Shown here piece after piece: positions 49,268 to 61,034 of a stretch of DNA of 64,000 nucleotides. Position numbers and translations under genes: made by a program. Below the pieces are notes generated by a model. It had not been told where the DNA came from. It ran no database searches and saw only the letters and a program-made list of their open reading frames with translations. Origin of the DNA: Lepidodermella squamata (taxonomy: Eukaryota; Animalia; Gastrotricha); NCBI GenBank assembly GCA_047495785.1, contig JBLDXI010000010.1:372001-436000 (forward strand). The letters run 5' to 3'. Within the stretch, counting starts at the first letter, position 1, and every line of letters starts with the position of its first letter.

Positions 49268-50782
49268 TTATATGTTGACGATTTTTAGAAATGCGGTGCC
49301 GATAAGTAGAAAATGTACCAGCGATGTTGCGATGAAAACAAAGCCAAACACAATTGCATCGATGAGAATCGGATTCAAGCTCTTCTTTTCCCTCAATTTC
49401 GCCATCCAAACATTTACATCTGCAATAGAAGGACTTCGAAATAAGCTGAACCTTAGCAATGTCAATCAACTCACCCATTTCAGCCTTGCCAGCTTCATAC
49501 CATTTATACATCGCTATCGAATAGGCAGTCGTGAATGTACCAATGATTTGGAGCAGCAGGAGATACATAACCAGGTAAACAGTTTGCGTCGATTTCGGTA
49601 TCAGTCCTTTAACGGTAACTTGAAGGACGAGGAAATTCAGCGTGATTACAACAGAGTAGCCAGGTCGTTCGGGTCGGTAGAACGGGATGAAAAAAGTCGT
49701 CAACTGCAATACGGCGGTCATAATAGCCGGTGCAAGTATCTTATATGGGAGAAATTACATGTACAGCAAATCAAGGATACGAGAAAGCGAAATTACTGCT
49801 ATCAGATAATAGAAATATTTGCGCCTCAAGACGAGCGTGTACCGATAGATAGGTTTTCCAGAATATTCCTGGCTGGTTATCGTCGATTTACTGCTTACAT
49901 ATTCCCACATGTTGGAAAACGAACTGGGGCCTTCAGGTATGTTTACGCATATGAGAAGTTTGGCAAGTTCCTCACGATCAGACAGCGCAAAGTCAAAGTC
50001 GCAACTTTGCGAATCGAATGGCCAAAATCTATTTATGAAAATGGCACCGTTTAAATTGGTAAATTACTATCACCATTTCTCGATTACTTTAAATCCAGAA
50101 GACATCGAGATTTATAAACTCCTATAAGGGTGATCTGAGTGCTCCCTCCATTTTCTGCCGTGTCAGAGATGATTTCGGTTTTCTGTGCCAGGTTGTTAAC
50201 AGCGTGTATATTTTCCGCATTGTTCAGATGCAACACGTTCGGAATCCAAATGTTGTCAGAGACATGATCAAACGAAGCATGTTGCAACTTGTTGAACCTC
50301 CGCAAGTTAATCCACGATAGCAATTTATTCTGCCAACCAAGAAGTAGCTTCGCGCGAACAGATATAGTCTGCTGAACATCGTCTATGCCCAAAATTTTAT
50401 ATATTTTGAACGTTGGTTTAATGATAACCCTCTGTGAATATTCATAAATGGGCCGGTAGTGTAGTCGGTTGTAACTGAAACGATTCCTTAGGCAGCACAA
50501 CAGTGTGGCATCTGCGCTTTTGGCATAATTTTGGCACAGTTTTGCAAGTTGGGCATCACTCCGCTGATCAAAGTACTGTGATACTGGAAATCCGCAAGTG
50601 GCATTGGGCGGAGAAATCCAGTTGGCAGGGACAGGGGGCTCGAGAGTTCGATCAGCTGCGCATTCGAGATCAGTCGATAACCCGAGTTCAGCTAATAATG
50701 TCGCATCCAGACCTGGCAAATCTAGTCCACTTGATACTGATTTACAAACAAAATGGAGCAGCAGAACTCCTACAAGCAGCAT
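49268..50782 (-). CDS. Cys-loop channel subunit LGIC-7, ~447 aa (exons 50782-50088, 50028-49797, 49739-49475, 49419-49268)
   Basis: All junctions are GT-AG and in phase. IWIPN motif, Cys-loop CLLDLKFWPFDSQSC, M2 PERPGYSVVITLNFL, and M4 in the last exon. Confidence 0.85.
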
Positions 50783-50871
50783 TATTTCCAGTTTCAAGGG
50801 TAAAAATCACTTGGCTCAGTTGATACTTCACATATTTAATTAAGATTTATCGAAAAGGCATGTAAATACAC

Positions 50872-52129
50872 TCAGTAGCTAGCCATCAAGCAATAAAAAA
50901 TTATATGAAGCCCGACCGTGAGAAAAAGAGCGACAAGAAGCACAATTTTATCCACAAAACCAATAACAAACGCAATTCTTGGAGGGATGTCAGCTTCGGC
51001 TTTTCCGTAACCTGCGCGCGGTGTTGCCATGAAGCAAATAACTCCGGAATAAAGTGCCGCAGCGATGTTCATCGCCAGCATCGATGCGGCATAAATGCTG
51101 AAATAAATCGACTGACTTGTTACAGGCAGTTGGTTCATCGCCGGAACGAAAAAACACGCATAGGTTAGCAAGCAGCTGATCGCATGTAGGATTCGAATAG
51201 TTTGCTCCGGCGGTAGCAGGTAGACAGTCAGTTGCAGGGAGGCTACCAAACCCATCGGCACCAGAGTTGTCAGAAGATAGAAACTTTTACGTCGGCTCAA
51301 CGTGATGACGACGACGTAATTCGACTTGCCGTCTGCAGAAGTTGTTTGAGTCTTGATGTCAAGAATTTGCCACAATGAAGTTGGGTCGTTAAGCTCGTCA
51401 ATGCCATCAACAGAAAAATCCGCCTCATTGAGATTCGCACCGTTATTCAGAAGCGAAAATGTGAGAGAACAAGTTTGAATGTCGAAGGGAAATCTTAGGT
51501 ATCAAGAGAGATATCGATCATTCGCAGAGATTATGATTATTTACCTTGTCAAATCAAGCTGGCACCGTGAATCGAAAACCGTTCTGATATTCCATCGAAC
51601 AGTACCGTCGGAATCTACATCAACAGGCCACTTTTTCCCGACAGCCGTAATCACAGCTACATCTTTGCCTTGGAAGGAAATATGGAGAAAGATAACATGA
51701 TAAGTATACATTAAAAATTACTGTTTTCATTGTGCTGAATTTGAGGTACCCAAATCTGGCCTGAGATTAGGCTTATTGTCTCGACTTTTGAGTTATTCGA
51801 CCATTTGAGGAATGGATCGATCCAGCTTAACATCAGCTGGCCATCTGTGCTAAGGACAGACTGCAAATACAGTTGTAGTAAAAGATTGCTACTGCTATCG
51901 GAATATGACTTACTGTCAAATCGTCGATAACTGGAGATTCCTTCACGTTTAGCTTGATTTGAACCATGCATTCATCGGCAACATCAGCTTGTGGCACTCC
52001 ACTGACCAGTAGACTTTGAGGATAGGTCGCCATAACTTGTCTGATCAAGGTTGCCTCGGGGGAATCAAGACCTTTGATTTCCGTACCAAAAGCCAGATAT
52101 AAAATCATAATTCTCAACAAATGATCCAT
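50872..52129 (-). CDS. Cys-loop channel subunit LGIC-8, ~366 aa (exons 52129-51914, 51860-51722, 51668-51545, 51493-50872)
   Basis: WIDPFLKW, IWVP, DSDGTVRW, Cys-loop CQLDLTRFPFDIQTC and four TM helices; introns of 53, 53 and 51 bp are in phase. Confidence 0.87.
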
Positions 52130-52224
52130 CGTGCTATCTATGAATAAAAACATATTTTAAGAGATAGTTTACTACATTAAAGTTAGAGTTTAGAGTACAA
52201 CGACAGTATAGCAACAGAGATAGT

Positions 52225-53582
52225 TCATTTCGTCATCAAGGCAAAGGCAATGCCATGTGAAGCTCCTGTCGCGGCTAGAAGCAGAATAAATGCAATTTGA
52301 TCGAAACGACGAATCGCGTTGATGATCTTCTGCTTGTTCTCCTCTCCGTCCGTGGCTGGAACAGCATCTGCTACAGGCTCAACTTTGTTCATCTTCAGCG
52401 AGCAGATTCTAACGCCGTTCATCGTCACCTTCACACCGATCAGATAACAAAATACTGCCGAAATGATTGTACAAAGGGTGCCGATGGCGAATTGAATGAT
52501 TATATACATCAGAAGCCAAATGATCTCCGAAGTTTTCGGGATTTGGTCTTGAATCATTATCTATGAACAGAGTTCAGTGAAATTACGAATTCTTGTAGTA
52601 GTGAAACCTGAAAAATTCCGAATGCGACCAAAACTGACACAGAATAAGCTGGCCGATCGGGTGATTCAGGGTTCAGGCAGAAGGTCGCTAGCTGCATGAT
52701 ACTCAGCAGAACGCAGGGTAAAATGCTTGTTACGTAAAGAGGCAAATAGCACGGTGGATCAAAAATCACCATAATAGCATGGAAACTCACATGTTATAAA
52801 AGACGTACTGAACGTTACGCTTGATCTTAATCGAAAATATAGCAGAGCGAAAGCGATTAGAGCTTGGGTCAATGAGAGCACTGTACGAGACGGGTGACCA
52901 AATGGAGCCTCGGCCGAACTCGTCCCCTCGCAATTCTTGGAAGTTGACACTTTTATCGTACTCAACGAGCTGATAAAACAACCAGGAATCATATGTAAAC
53001 TGACAGATCTGTTGGTCGTATGGAAATTTAGCCAAGCTGATAGAAAATATTTCACAGAATGAGAGGATATAATTATAACTTATAACGTATCACTCACGTC
53101 AATGCGCAGTTGGATGTGAAAATACCGGTTGGTTCCCACAACGCGCGGCCATCTGATGAAACAATGACATGGGATCCTTCGCCAAACTGCATGACAACCT
53201 GCTGGTCCTCAACGTTATTCGCGTGGAGAATCCGTGGACGCCAAACCGAAGACGCTTTAACAGAAATTCCCGAAATGTGCGACCAATTTTTATATTCCGG
53301 CTGGTTTTTCCATGCGAGAAACGGATCCGACCACTCCAGACGGAGTGTCGCCAGAACTGAAATGGTTTGATCGACGTCATTTATTTCGTTGAAATGTAGA
53401 AGCGCGAATGTCAGTTTGACATTTACTGCTTGGTCTGCTGACGTGACAGGACGGCCGCCTTCAGATAGTGGGTAAGTCTTCAGCAATTTATCGACTAGCG
53501 AGAATTCGGTTTTCATGACATCAAAGTTGTTCTGCGCTAAAACAAGGCTAATTTCAAGCACAACTACTGCCAAAAACCTCAT
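52225..53582 (-). CDS. Cys-loop channel subunit LGIC-9, ~394 aa (exons 53582-53098, 53036-52791, 52725-52608, 52560-52225)
   Basis: GRPV, WSDPFLAW, VWRP, Cys-loop CALTLAKFPYDQQIC, loop-B DSW and four TM helices; introns are in phase. Confidence 0.87.
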
Positions 53583-53818
53583 CGTTGATGGTGTACAATG
53601 ATAAGAGCTGCGCTTCCCAAAGCTGAAAAAGTATTTCGTTTTTAGATTTGTTGCTCTGGAGATTGTTTCGGATCGTTTGACGCAGCTTTTGATTTCCGTG
53701 TGCCGAATTTATTGCGTTTTTTATTGCGAATTTATGTTCAAGTGAAACAATTATTGCTTTTTCACTCCATAAATTCTAACTCTATTTTCACGTATCAGAT
53801 TTTATTAAAGCGACAAAC

Positions 53819-55503
53819 TCATCCACTTTCATATTTTGATCTGCAAAGATTACTGAACATTCGGACAGCGAAAAACAAGGCACATAAAAATAAAAAAGCA
53901 GCGGCGTAGAAGTCCAAATCATGAACTCTATAGAACGGCGCTTCATTTTCAAACATTCGCAAATGTTCGGAACCGATTGTCATTTCCATCTCTATAATAT
54001 CCACGGCTGCTTCGATCCGTTGAGCATTGTAATATAAGGATGCACCCATTTTCATCAGGTTTCGTATTAGCTCTGGCTCTTTCTGTACATACCGACCCAG
54101 CAAAGACTTTGATTTGATGCATGCTTCTTCTTTCGCGTCTTCAGAATCCTTGCTTAGTGAGAGACCAACTCCAAGTTCAACAACGCGCTCAGCGTTCAAA
54201 GGCTGATCTGCTGTGATTGGATTGACAAGGATCGGCTTAGTGGCCAGGAATGCTTCGAAAATACTCTCAATGCCGCCATGACTGACAAACAGATGAACAG
54301 CCGGGTGATTTAGCACTTTGATTTGGGCAACACGTTTCTCCAGTCTGAAGTGAGGATGCTGTTCTGGGTTGTTGAGAATTTCCTCAGGCACTATAGCACT
54401 AAGATTTACATCTCCGTAAGACCATAAAATGTTGACTCGATGACTCTCAGACAAGTTACATTGGAAGCCCTCAAGAAGTTCTTTGATTCTTGAATTAGTT
54501 GGTAACCAAGCAGAACCAAAGGCAATGTAAATAACACTTTCTTTCCTTGAATAAGCTTGGTCAAGCCATTCCTGCAGGTCAGGGTTCATTTCATAGATAT
54601 CTGGCTTAATGACAGGCCCCAGCATATGCAAGAATGGTGATATTGGACGAGAGTATTCCCATCCAAAGAAGTTTGGAATAAAGTAATGAACCTTCGGCTG
54701 TGGCTGCAACATGTGGTAAACCCGGTCCAAGCCCAGCTTTTCCTTGATGGAGCCGATTTCTTTGAAATAAGGAATTAAGCTGTAGATTACTTTTGGTAAA
54801 ATAACAAATTTGACATGAAGCCTTTGAAGAAAGCTTAAGCCATCGAGTTCGGAGGGCGCAAATGGCGACGGCAAGTACCCGGGCAATTAGGATTCTGTGC
54901 ACTAGTAGCTGTAACTACATGTGGTATTCCCAATTTTACAGCAACATTAGGGCATGAAAAGCTCATCCAGTCGCAGACCATAAGATTCGGCCGGTCTTCT
55001 TCAACGACATCTTTTAAACTGAGAAAAGCGCCTTCGTAAAAAATTTCAGCTGCCTTATGAATTATCCGGCTTGCGACCTCATAACTTTCCAAATCTGAGG
55101 CTTCCATGCTGATTTCAAATGCGAAGTCATTGGATTTACTTTGAGGATTGCTACCATTTGAAAGATATTCATTAGTACCATTCAGCTGATGGAATTTTCC
55201 GAACTGACCAGGTCTGTACCAATTAACAGCCCCATCGATAAGACTGGCGAGTGCTGTGCGATGGCCGCGCCTAATTAGGGCCTCGGATAGCTGTATCATC
55301 GGTTTAATGTGAGATCTAGTACTCAAATCGATCACAAATAGGATGTACCCTGGCTGAGCGACCAACTTCGCAATTTCTGGTCCAAGGTTGGGCGTTATGT
55401 TATCCAGCTTCTCTGACTTATATTCTGTAGAGAGGGAAGAGCCATCGCTTATACAGTTACTAATAAATATGCATAGCCATAGGAAAGTCTGGAGAATCCT
55501 CAT
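53819..55503 (-). pseudogene. UGT-2, intronless, frameshifted at ~54880 (recent pseudogene or assembly error)
   Basis: Two overlapping ORFs. Compared with the paralog motif PNVPGNPSYLPS, about 10 nt are missing (PNCP/GYLPS). The sequence is otherwise intact. Confidence 0.75.
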
Positions 55504-55729
55504 TTTTGCAGATTCAATCTTAATAACAAAGAAATGGCAGTCCAGGCCGCTCAGCCTGCAACCAAAGATATATCCTTATCAGTGTGGAAAAAAGTTGGCA
55601 CTTATCAAGCCGAAGTCAGGCTACCTCGTAGTTCAGATATGAAATTTTTACTCGCGTGATATCTTGCATACTAAAGCTGCAAAAATGATATATAATTAAG
55701 CACACAAATATGTCACAATAATATTATGA

Positions 55730-57406
55730 TTAATCCACTTTGGTCTTCGATCTTCTTACTCTACGTATCAGAACAATGACAGCACCTATAATCACTAGAA
55801 CAACAGCATAAAGGTCCAAATCATGCAATCTATAGAACGGCGCTTCATCTTCAAACATTCGTAAATGTTCGGATCCAATTGTCATCTCCATCTCTATAAC
55901 ATCCACTGCTGATTCGATCCTTTGAGCATTGTAATACAACGAAGCGCCCATCTTCATTAGGTTTCGCATTAGCTCTGGGTCTTTCTGCAAGTAGCGCTCC
56001 AGCAGAGACGTTGATTTCCTGCATGCTTCTTCTTCAGTGTTAACAAAATCCTGGCTCAAAGACAGACCAACGCCAAGTTCTTGTACTCGCTCAGCACACA
56101 ATGGCTGGTCTGTGGTGATCGGATTAACAAGAATCGGCTTTGTGGCTAGGAATGCTTCGAAGAGACTCTCAATGCCGCCATGACTGACAAACAGGTGAAC
56201 AGCTGGGTGATTCAGAACCTTGATTTGGGCAACACGTCTCTCCATTCTGAAGTGAGGATGCTGTTCTGGGTTCCTGAGAATATCCTCTGGCACTATTGCT
56301 GTGAGATTAGCGCCGCCATAGGACCATAGAATATTCACCCGTTTTGTTTGAGATGAGCTGCATTGGAATCCTTTTAGTAGCCCAGCAATCCTTGAATCAG
56401 TTGGCAGAAAGCCAGATCCGAATGCGACGTAGATCACGCTTTCCTGCCTTGAATGTGCTTGGTCAAGCCATTTCTGGAGTCCCGGATCCATCTCATAGAT
56501 ATCTGGCTCAACGACAGGACCTAGCATGTGTATGAAAGGCGACATTGGGCGGGGATAATCCCAGCCAAAGAAGTTTTGAACGAAGAAATGAACATTTTTC
56601 TCAGGGTTCAACATGTGGCTAACTTGCTGAAGACCAAGTTTGCTGCTAAGCTGATTGATTTCGGTGAAAAACGGAATAAATGTGTAGATTATTTCAGGCC
56701 AAAGAACAAATTTGACATACAGCCTCTGCCAAAGACCTAATCCACCAAGCGTGGAAGGCGCGAACGGAGACGGTAAGTAACTCGGATTGCCTGGCACATT
56801 TGGAAGTGTGGAAGAGTGTGAAGTGATAACGTAAGGAATTTCCAATTTTTTCGCAATATTTAGGCATGAAAAACTCATCCAGTCGCAAATTAGGATGTCA
56901 GGCCGATCTTCACGAACAACATCTTTGAGGCTCAAAAAGGCACCTTCATGGAAAGATTTTGTAATCCCCATGAGTAGCTTGCTAAGACCAATATGAGTTT
57001 CCTCCTGGGAAGCTTCTCTGCCGATACCAACGCCAAAATTAATGGATTTTTCCTGCGAAATTGAACCGTTGGATAGGTATTCTAATGTTCCGTTCAATTG
57101 ATAGTATTTGCCAAATTGACCCGGTTTGTACCACGTTCGTGCCGCGTCAAAGAGACCTGCAAGTGCTGTGCGATGACCGCGCTTTATCAGAGCTTCTGAG
57201 AGCAGAATCATCGGCTTCAAATGGGATCTCGAACACACATCCACAACAAATAAGGCGTATCTAGGTTGTGCAATTTTTTTGAATAGATCGGGTGAGATGT
57301 TGTTCTTGATCTGTTCCAGTTTTTCGGACCTGTAATCATCGCTGGAACCATCAGTATACTCGATAATGAATATCAAAAGAAACACAGAAAACTTTCGAAA
57401 AAACAT
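55730..57406 (-). CDS. UDP-glycosyltransferase UGT-3, 558 aa, intronless
   Basis: Full ORF with signal peptide, UGT signature, TM helix and KTKVD tail. Confidence 0.95.
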   Translation of the reverse strand: MFFRKFSVFLLIFIIEYTDGSSDDYRSEKLEQIKNNISPDLFKKIAQPRYALFVVDVCSRSHLKPMILLSEALIKRGHRTALAGLFDAARTWYKPGQFGKYYQLNGTLEYLSNGSISQEKSINFGVGIGREASQEETHIGLSKLLMGITKSFHEGAFLSLKDVVREDRPDILICDWMSFSCLNIAKKLEIPYVITSHSSTLPNVPGNPSYLPSPFAPSTLGGLGLWQRLYVKFVLWPEIIYTFIPFFTEINQLSSKLGLQQVSHMLNPEKNVHFFVQNFFGWDYPRPMSPFIHMLGPVVEPDIYEMDPGLQKWLDQAHSRQESVIYVAFGSGFLPTDSRIAGLLKGFQCSSSQTKRVNILWSYGGANLTAIVPEDILRNPEQHPHFRMERRVAQIKVLNHPAVHLFVSHGGIESLFEAFLATKPILVNPITTDQPLCAERVQELGVGLSLSQDFVNTEEEACRKSTSLLERYLQKDPELMRNLMKMGASLYYNAQRIESAVDVIEMEMTIGSEHLRMFEDEAPFYRLHDLDLYAVVLVIIGAVIVLIRRVRRSKTKVD

Positions 57407-57635
57407 GTTTTGTGTATACCTTGAATTGCTTTACCTTGAATGCCTTTATGAACAATGGATTTGACCTGCGTGGAGACGATTTTTGGATTCAATGTTGGAA
57501 GACATGCATGAAAAAGACATAAAAAATGATAAGAGCGACGTCGTGTTTCTCGCAGCATTTTTTTTTATTTCTAATTTAACATGTGTGATGTGTGTACAAA
57601 AAGCTCTATTGGATTTTCAACCCACATTTTGATGT

Positions 57636-59389
57636 TCATTCTTTCTTAGATTTGGCCGATTTTCCGCTGCAGCAAAGACGTTTCAAAATCAGAAGAGCAC
57701 CCATAAGAATGAAAATCGGCACAGCAAATAAATCAAGGTCATGCAGTCTATAAAAGGGTGCTTCATCCTCGAACATTCTTAGATGCCCCGAGCCAATGGT
57801 CATCTCCATTTCGATGATATCAACCGCCTCTTCGAATCGTTGTGAATTGTAGTACAAAGCCGCACCGACTCGCACAAGATTTTGCATCAACATCTCTTCC
57901 TTACTGAGGAATCGACCTAGTAGCTCCGATGACTTCTTGCACGTTTGATCCTGAACGGAACCATCGTTATTGTCGATAGCAAGGCCAACTCCTAACTCAA
58001 CGACCCTCATAGCATTAACAGGTTGATCTGCGTAAATTGGGTTGACGACGACAGGCTTCCCGGCTAGGAAGGCCTCAAATAAACTTTCCATACCTCCATG
58101 GCTGATGAAGAGGTTAACAGCGGGATGATTCAACACTTTGATTTGCGCAACTCGTTTTTCCATTCTGAAATTGGGATAGGCTTTCAAATTTGAGAAAATC
58201 TCATCTGGAACAGATGTCTCGAGTTGTGAAGAGCCATATGACCATAAGAGGTTAACCGGCTGCTTCCTCTGATTGCAAAGCAGAACTCCTCGAATCAAAC
58301 CTTGCACGATTTCGTCCGTGGGAACGAATTGAGAACCGAATGCCATGTAAATAACGCTTTCATTACGAGAATAGGCTTCATCCAGCCATTTTAACAGCCC
58401 TTTGTCCATTTCGTAAATATCAGGCTCGACGATAGGACCAAGTACATGGATGAAAGGTGACAAATAGCGAGCATACTCAAAGCCTAAATAATTATGGATG
58501 AAGAAATGCTTGTTCCTGTAAACCGCAGTGAAATCCATGTTGTGAGCAACTCCAAGCTTCTTCCTGATCGATTCAAGTTCGTCTCCGAAAGGTTTGAAGT
58601 GGTAAATCAGCTGGGGAAGCATTAAAAACTTAGCTTTGAACCGATCGAAGAAAGAAATCTCGTAAGGGCTTATCGGGTAGAAAAGATTAGGAAGAAACGA
58701 GGGCACGCCTGGAATGATTGGTACATTTGAACTTCCACATACCACAACAAACGGTATTTGTAGGGCGTTGGCAACATCCGGGCAGGTGGATGACATTAAA
58801 TCGCATACGAAAATGTCAGGCTGGTCTTCGTTACAGGCTTCTTTCAGGCTGCGAAAGGCACCTTCGTAATAGAGGCGAACCATCTCAAGACGCATTTTCC
58901 CAAAGATTTCCAACACTGAAATTAAGCGTCATCTTAACGTATAAAAGTTTGGTTATGAATCCGCATACTTGAAGCATTGTCAGTCTGTTTCCCCATTTCA
59001 GCAACGAACTTCCTCGATCTAGATGCGTTTTCTGGGTCGTTTGGGGTGAGGTACTCTGGGGTGTTCTTCAGCTTGATGAACTTGCCAAACTGGCCAGTTT
59101 TTATCCACGATTCAGCTTCCTCGACAACTCCAGCAAATGCTGTTCGATGACCTCGCTTCATCAGAGCTGCAGACAAGGCTATCATTGGTTTTGCATGAGA
59201 ACGCGATCCTACCTCTATCATGAAAAGGACATATTTGGCCTGAGAAACTAGTCTAACTAGCTCTGGAGACATGTTTGCCTTGATGCCATTGAGTTTTTTT
59301 GACGAGTAAGTCGAGCCAGTCGAAGAGTTATCTGATAAGGCGCATGTAATACAGATGCACAGCAATCCAATAACAGCCGATTGTCTCAT
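57636..59389 (-). CDS. UDP-glycosyltransferase UGT-4, ~566 aa (exons 59389-58969, 58915-57636)
   Basis: 53-bp phase-1 intron GTATGC..TTTCAG, UGT signature and KSKKE tail. An alternative ATG exists at 59404. Confidence 0.92.
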
Positions 59390-61034
59390 TTTCTCGAAGT
59401 GCATTTAATTGTCTAAAAAATCACCATTTTAAGTGTTTAGGTAAGGCCCAGCGTGCCGTGATAACATGATAGACTGTATAAGATTCAGTAGATAGTGGCC
59501 CTGTAGTCTGCTTGGAATTGTAACGAGGCGTATGTTGTTATAGTATAAGAACACGTTTATAAGAATTGTTTGTGCAAGTACAGACATCCCATTGCAGGGT
59601 TCGTTCAAATATCACAACGGGTAACAAGTGACAAGGTCAAGATTCAACAAGCTCGCTAAATGCCGCTATTTAGAACTACTTGATAAGGAAATGTTGAGAG
59701 AGCTGCCAGGCAAAATTATAATAAACACAGAATGAATATTGATTTTACAATTAAACCAGAAAATAAGAAAATGATGTAGGCAGCTATGTATAACGTTCAA
59801 GTCTTTTAAACATCAACATTTCATGCCATACAGTGAGTATAAAAGCGCGTGTGGATACATCACGTGGTATGTAACCCTATAGCGAATTTCTATGAATGAG
59901 TAAGTACTTCAATGAATCAAGAGGGAATGAAATAATGAAATCAGAAATAAAACGTTTTCATCACGGGACTTGGCAAGATATTTGCTAATTTGCTTCACCA
60001 GATTACGGCTATCGCTCCACGTCTGCATATGCTCCACGGCATATCATCAGATATAGATAAACTAGGGTAAACTTGTTTGAAAACAGCACCATAATTAATT
60101 AAAAATTAATTAATAAATAAATAATGGAATTTTCAAACTTTTATCACTAGATTTGCACAGAAAAAGCATGGAGAATCGCGGCGGGCGGCATTAACTTGTC
60201 CCGGTGTCCTTGAAAGGGACCGGAGAAAACACCGTCAAACTTGTGTGAAGTTCAGATGATGAGCTGAATTACGGGGCGACCCCCCGATTTTCACAGGTGA
60301 TTTTGTCCTTAGATTCATGTGAAAAATGGTCAAAGCTCACATTAAGCATATATTAAAGCTGAGCCAATAAGGGAGAAAACCGTTTATGACTTCCCACGTG
60401 CGCACAGTCTGGAGCCAATATTTGCGCTGTTAAAGGGGCATGCTCTGGAGTCGTTAGAGCTATTCACTATTTCCATCTGTGGAAAGCAGGTGTCTTTTAT
60501 CTGGGAGAATTAGACTAAAATAAGTTAGGCTGAAAACACACTGGCTGGTAAAATAAATAGTTCTGGCTTTGTCATCTAGAACAACTTCAAACCCACAGTC
60601 AAGCAAATTATTTTCTTTAATCAAATCCCAGTTATTATGACGAACAAGGTATCTCTAGCGCAAAATGCATTAATATTGATGGGAGCAGTTTACCGATTGG
60701 ATGGGTATATTTGCAGAACGCAATGCTTCAATCAGGACAGAATTCTGGGAGCATCGACGATCGAAGCTAGAAAAACAACGTTCCAAAAGAAAAGAAAATG
60801 GACCAAAAGAGAAAAATGGTCACGATATTTAATTTTATTTCCTATTATTGTGATTCCAAAATATTTCTGTGCGATATTTATAGCGATAATATTTGCAGGA
60901 GCCGATATTTTCGTTCTGAATTGATCTATAATTCGTGCTACTCGAAAATATAGACTCCTAACCATACTATATCGTACAGATATGAATTGTCAGCAATGCT
61001 AGATAAGCAAAATGCACGAAATCTCAAAATAGGA

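Noticed and set aside
49272-50054. 260-aa + strand ORF
   Set aside because: Antisense to the well-supported LGIC-7 exons and has no recognisable motifs. Treated as a shadow ORF, although it stays open across two introns.
16936-53582. Assigning nAChR/CHRNA, RDH12 or GABBR gene symbols
   Set aside because: Only family-level similarity is visible. The channels lack vicinal cysteines, and orthology cannot be established without phylogeny.
54835-54902. Intron or programmed frameshift rescuing UGT-2
   Set aside because: Sequence is missing relative to paralogs rather than inserted, and no slippery heptamer is evident.
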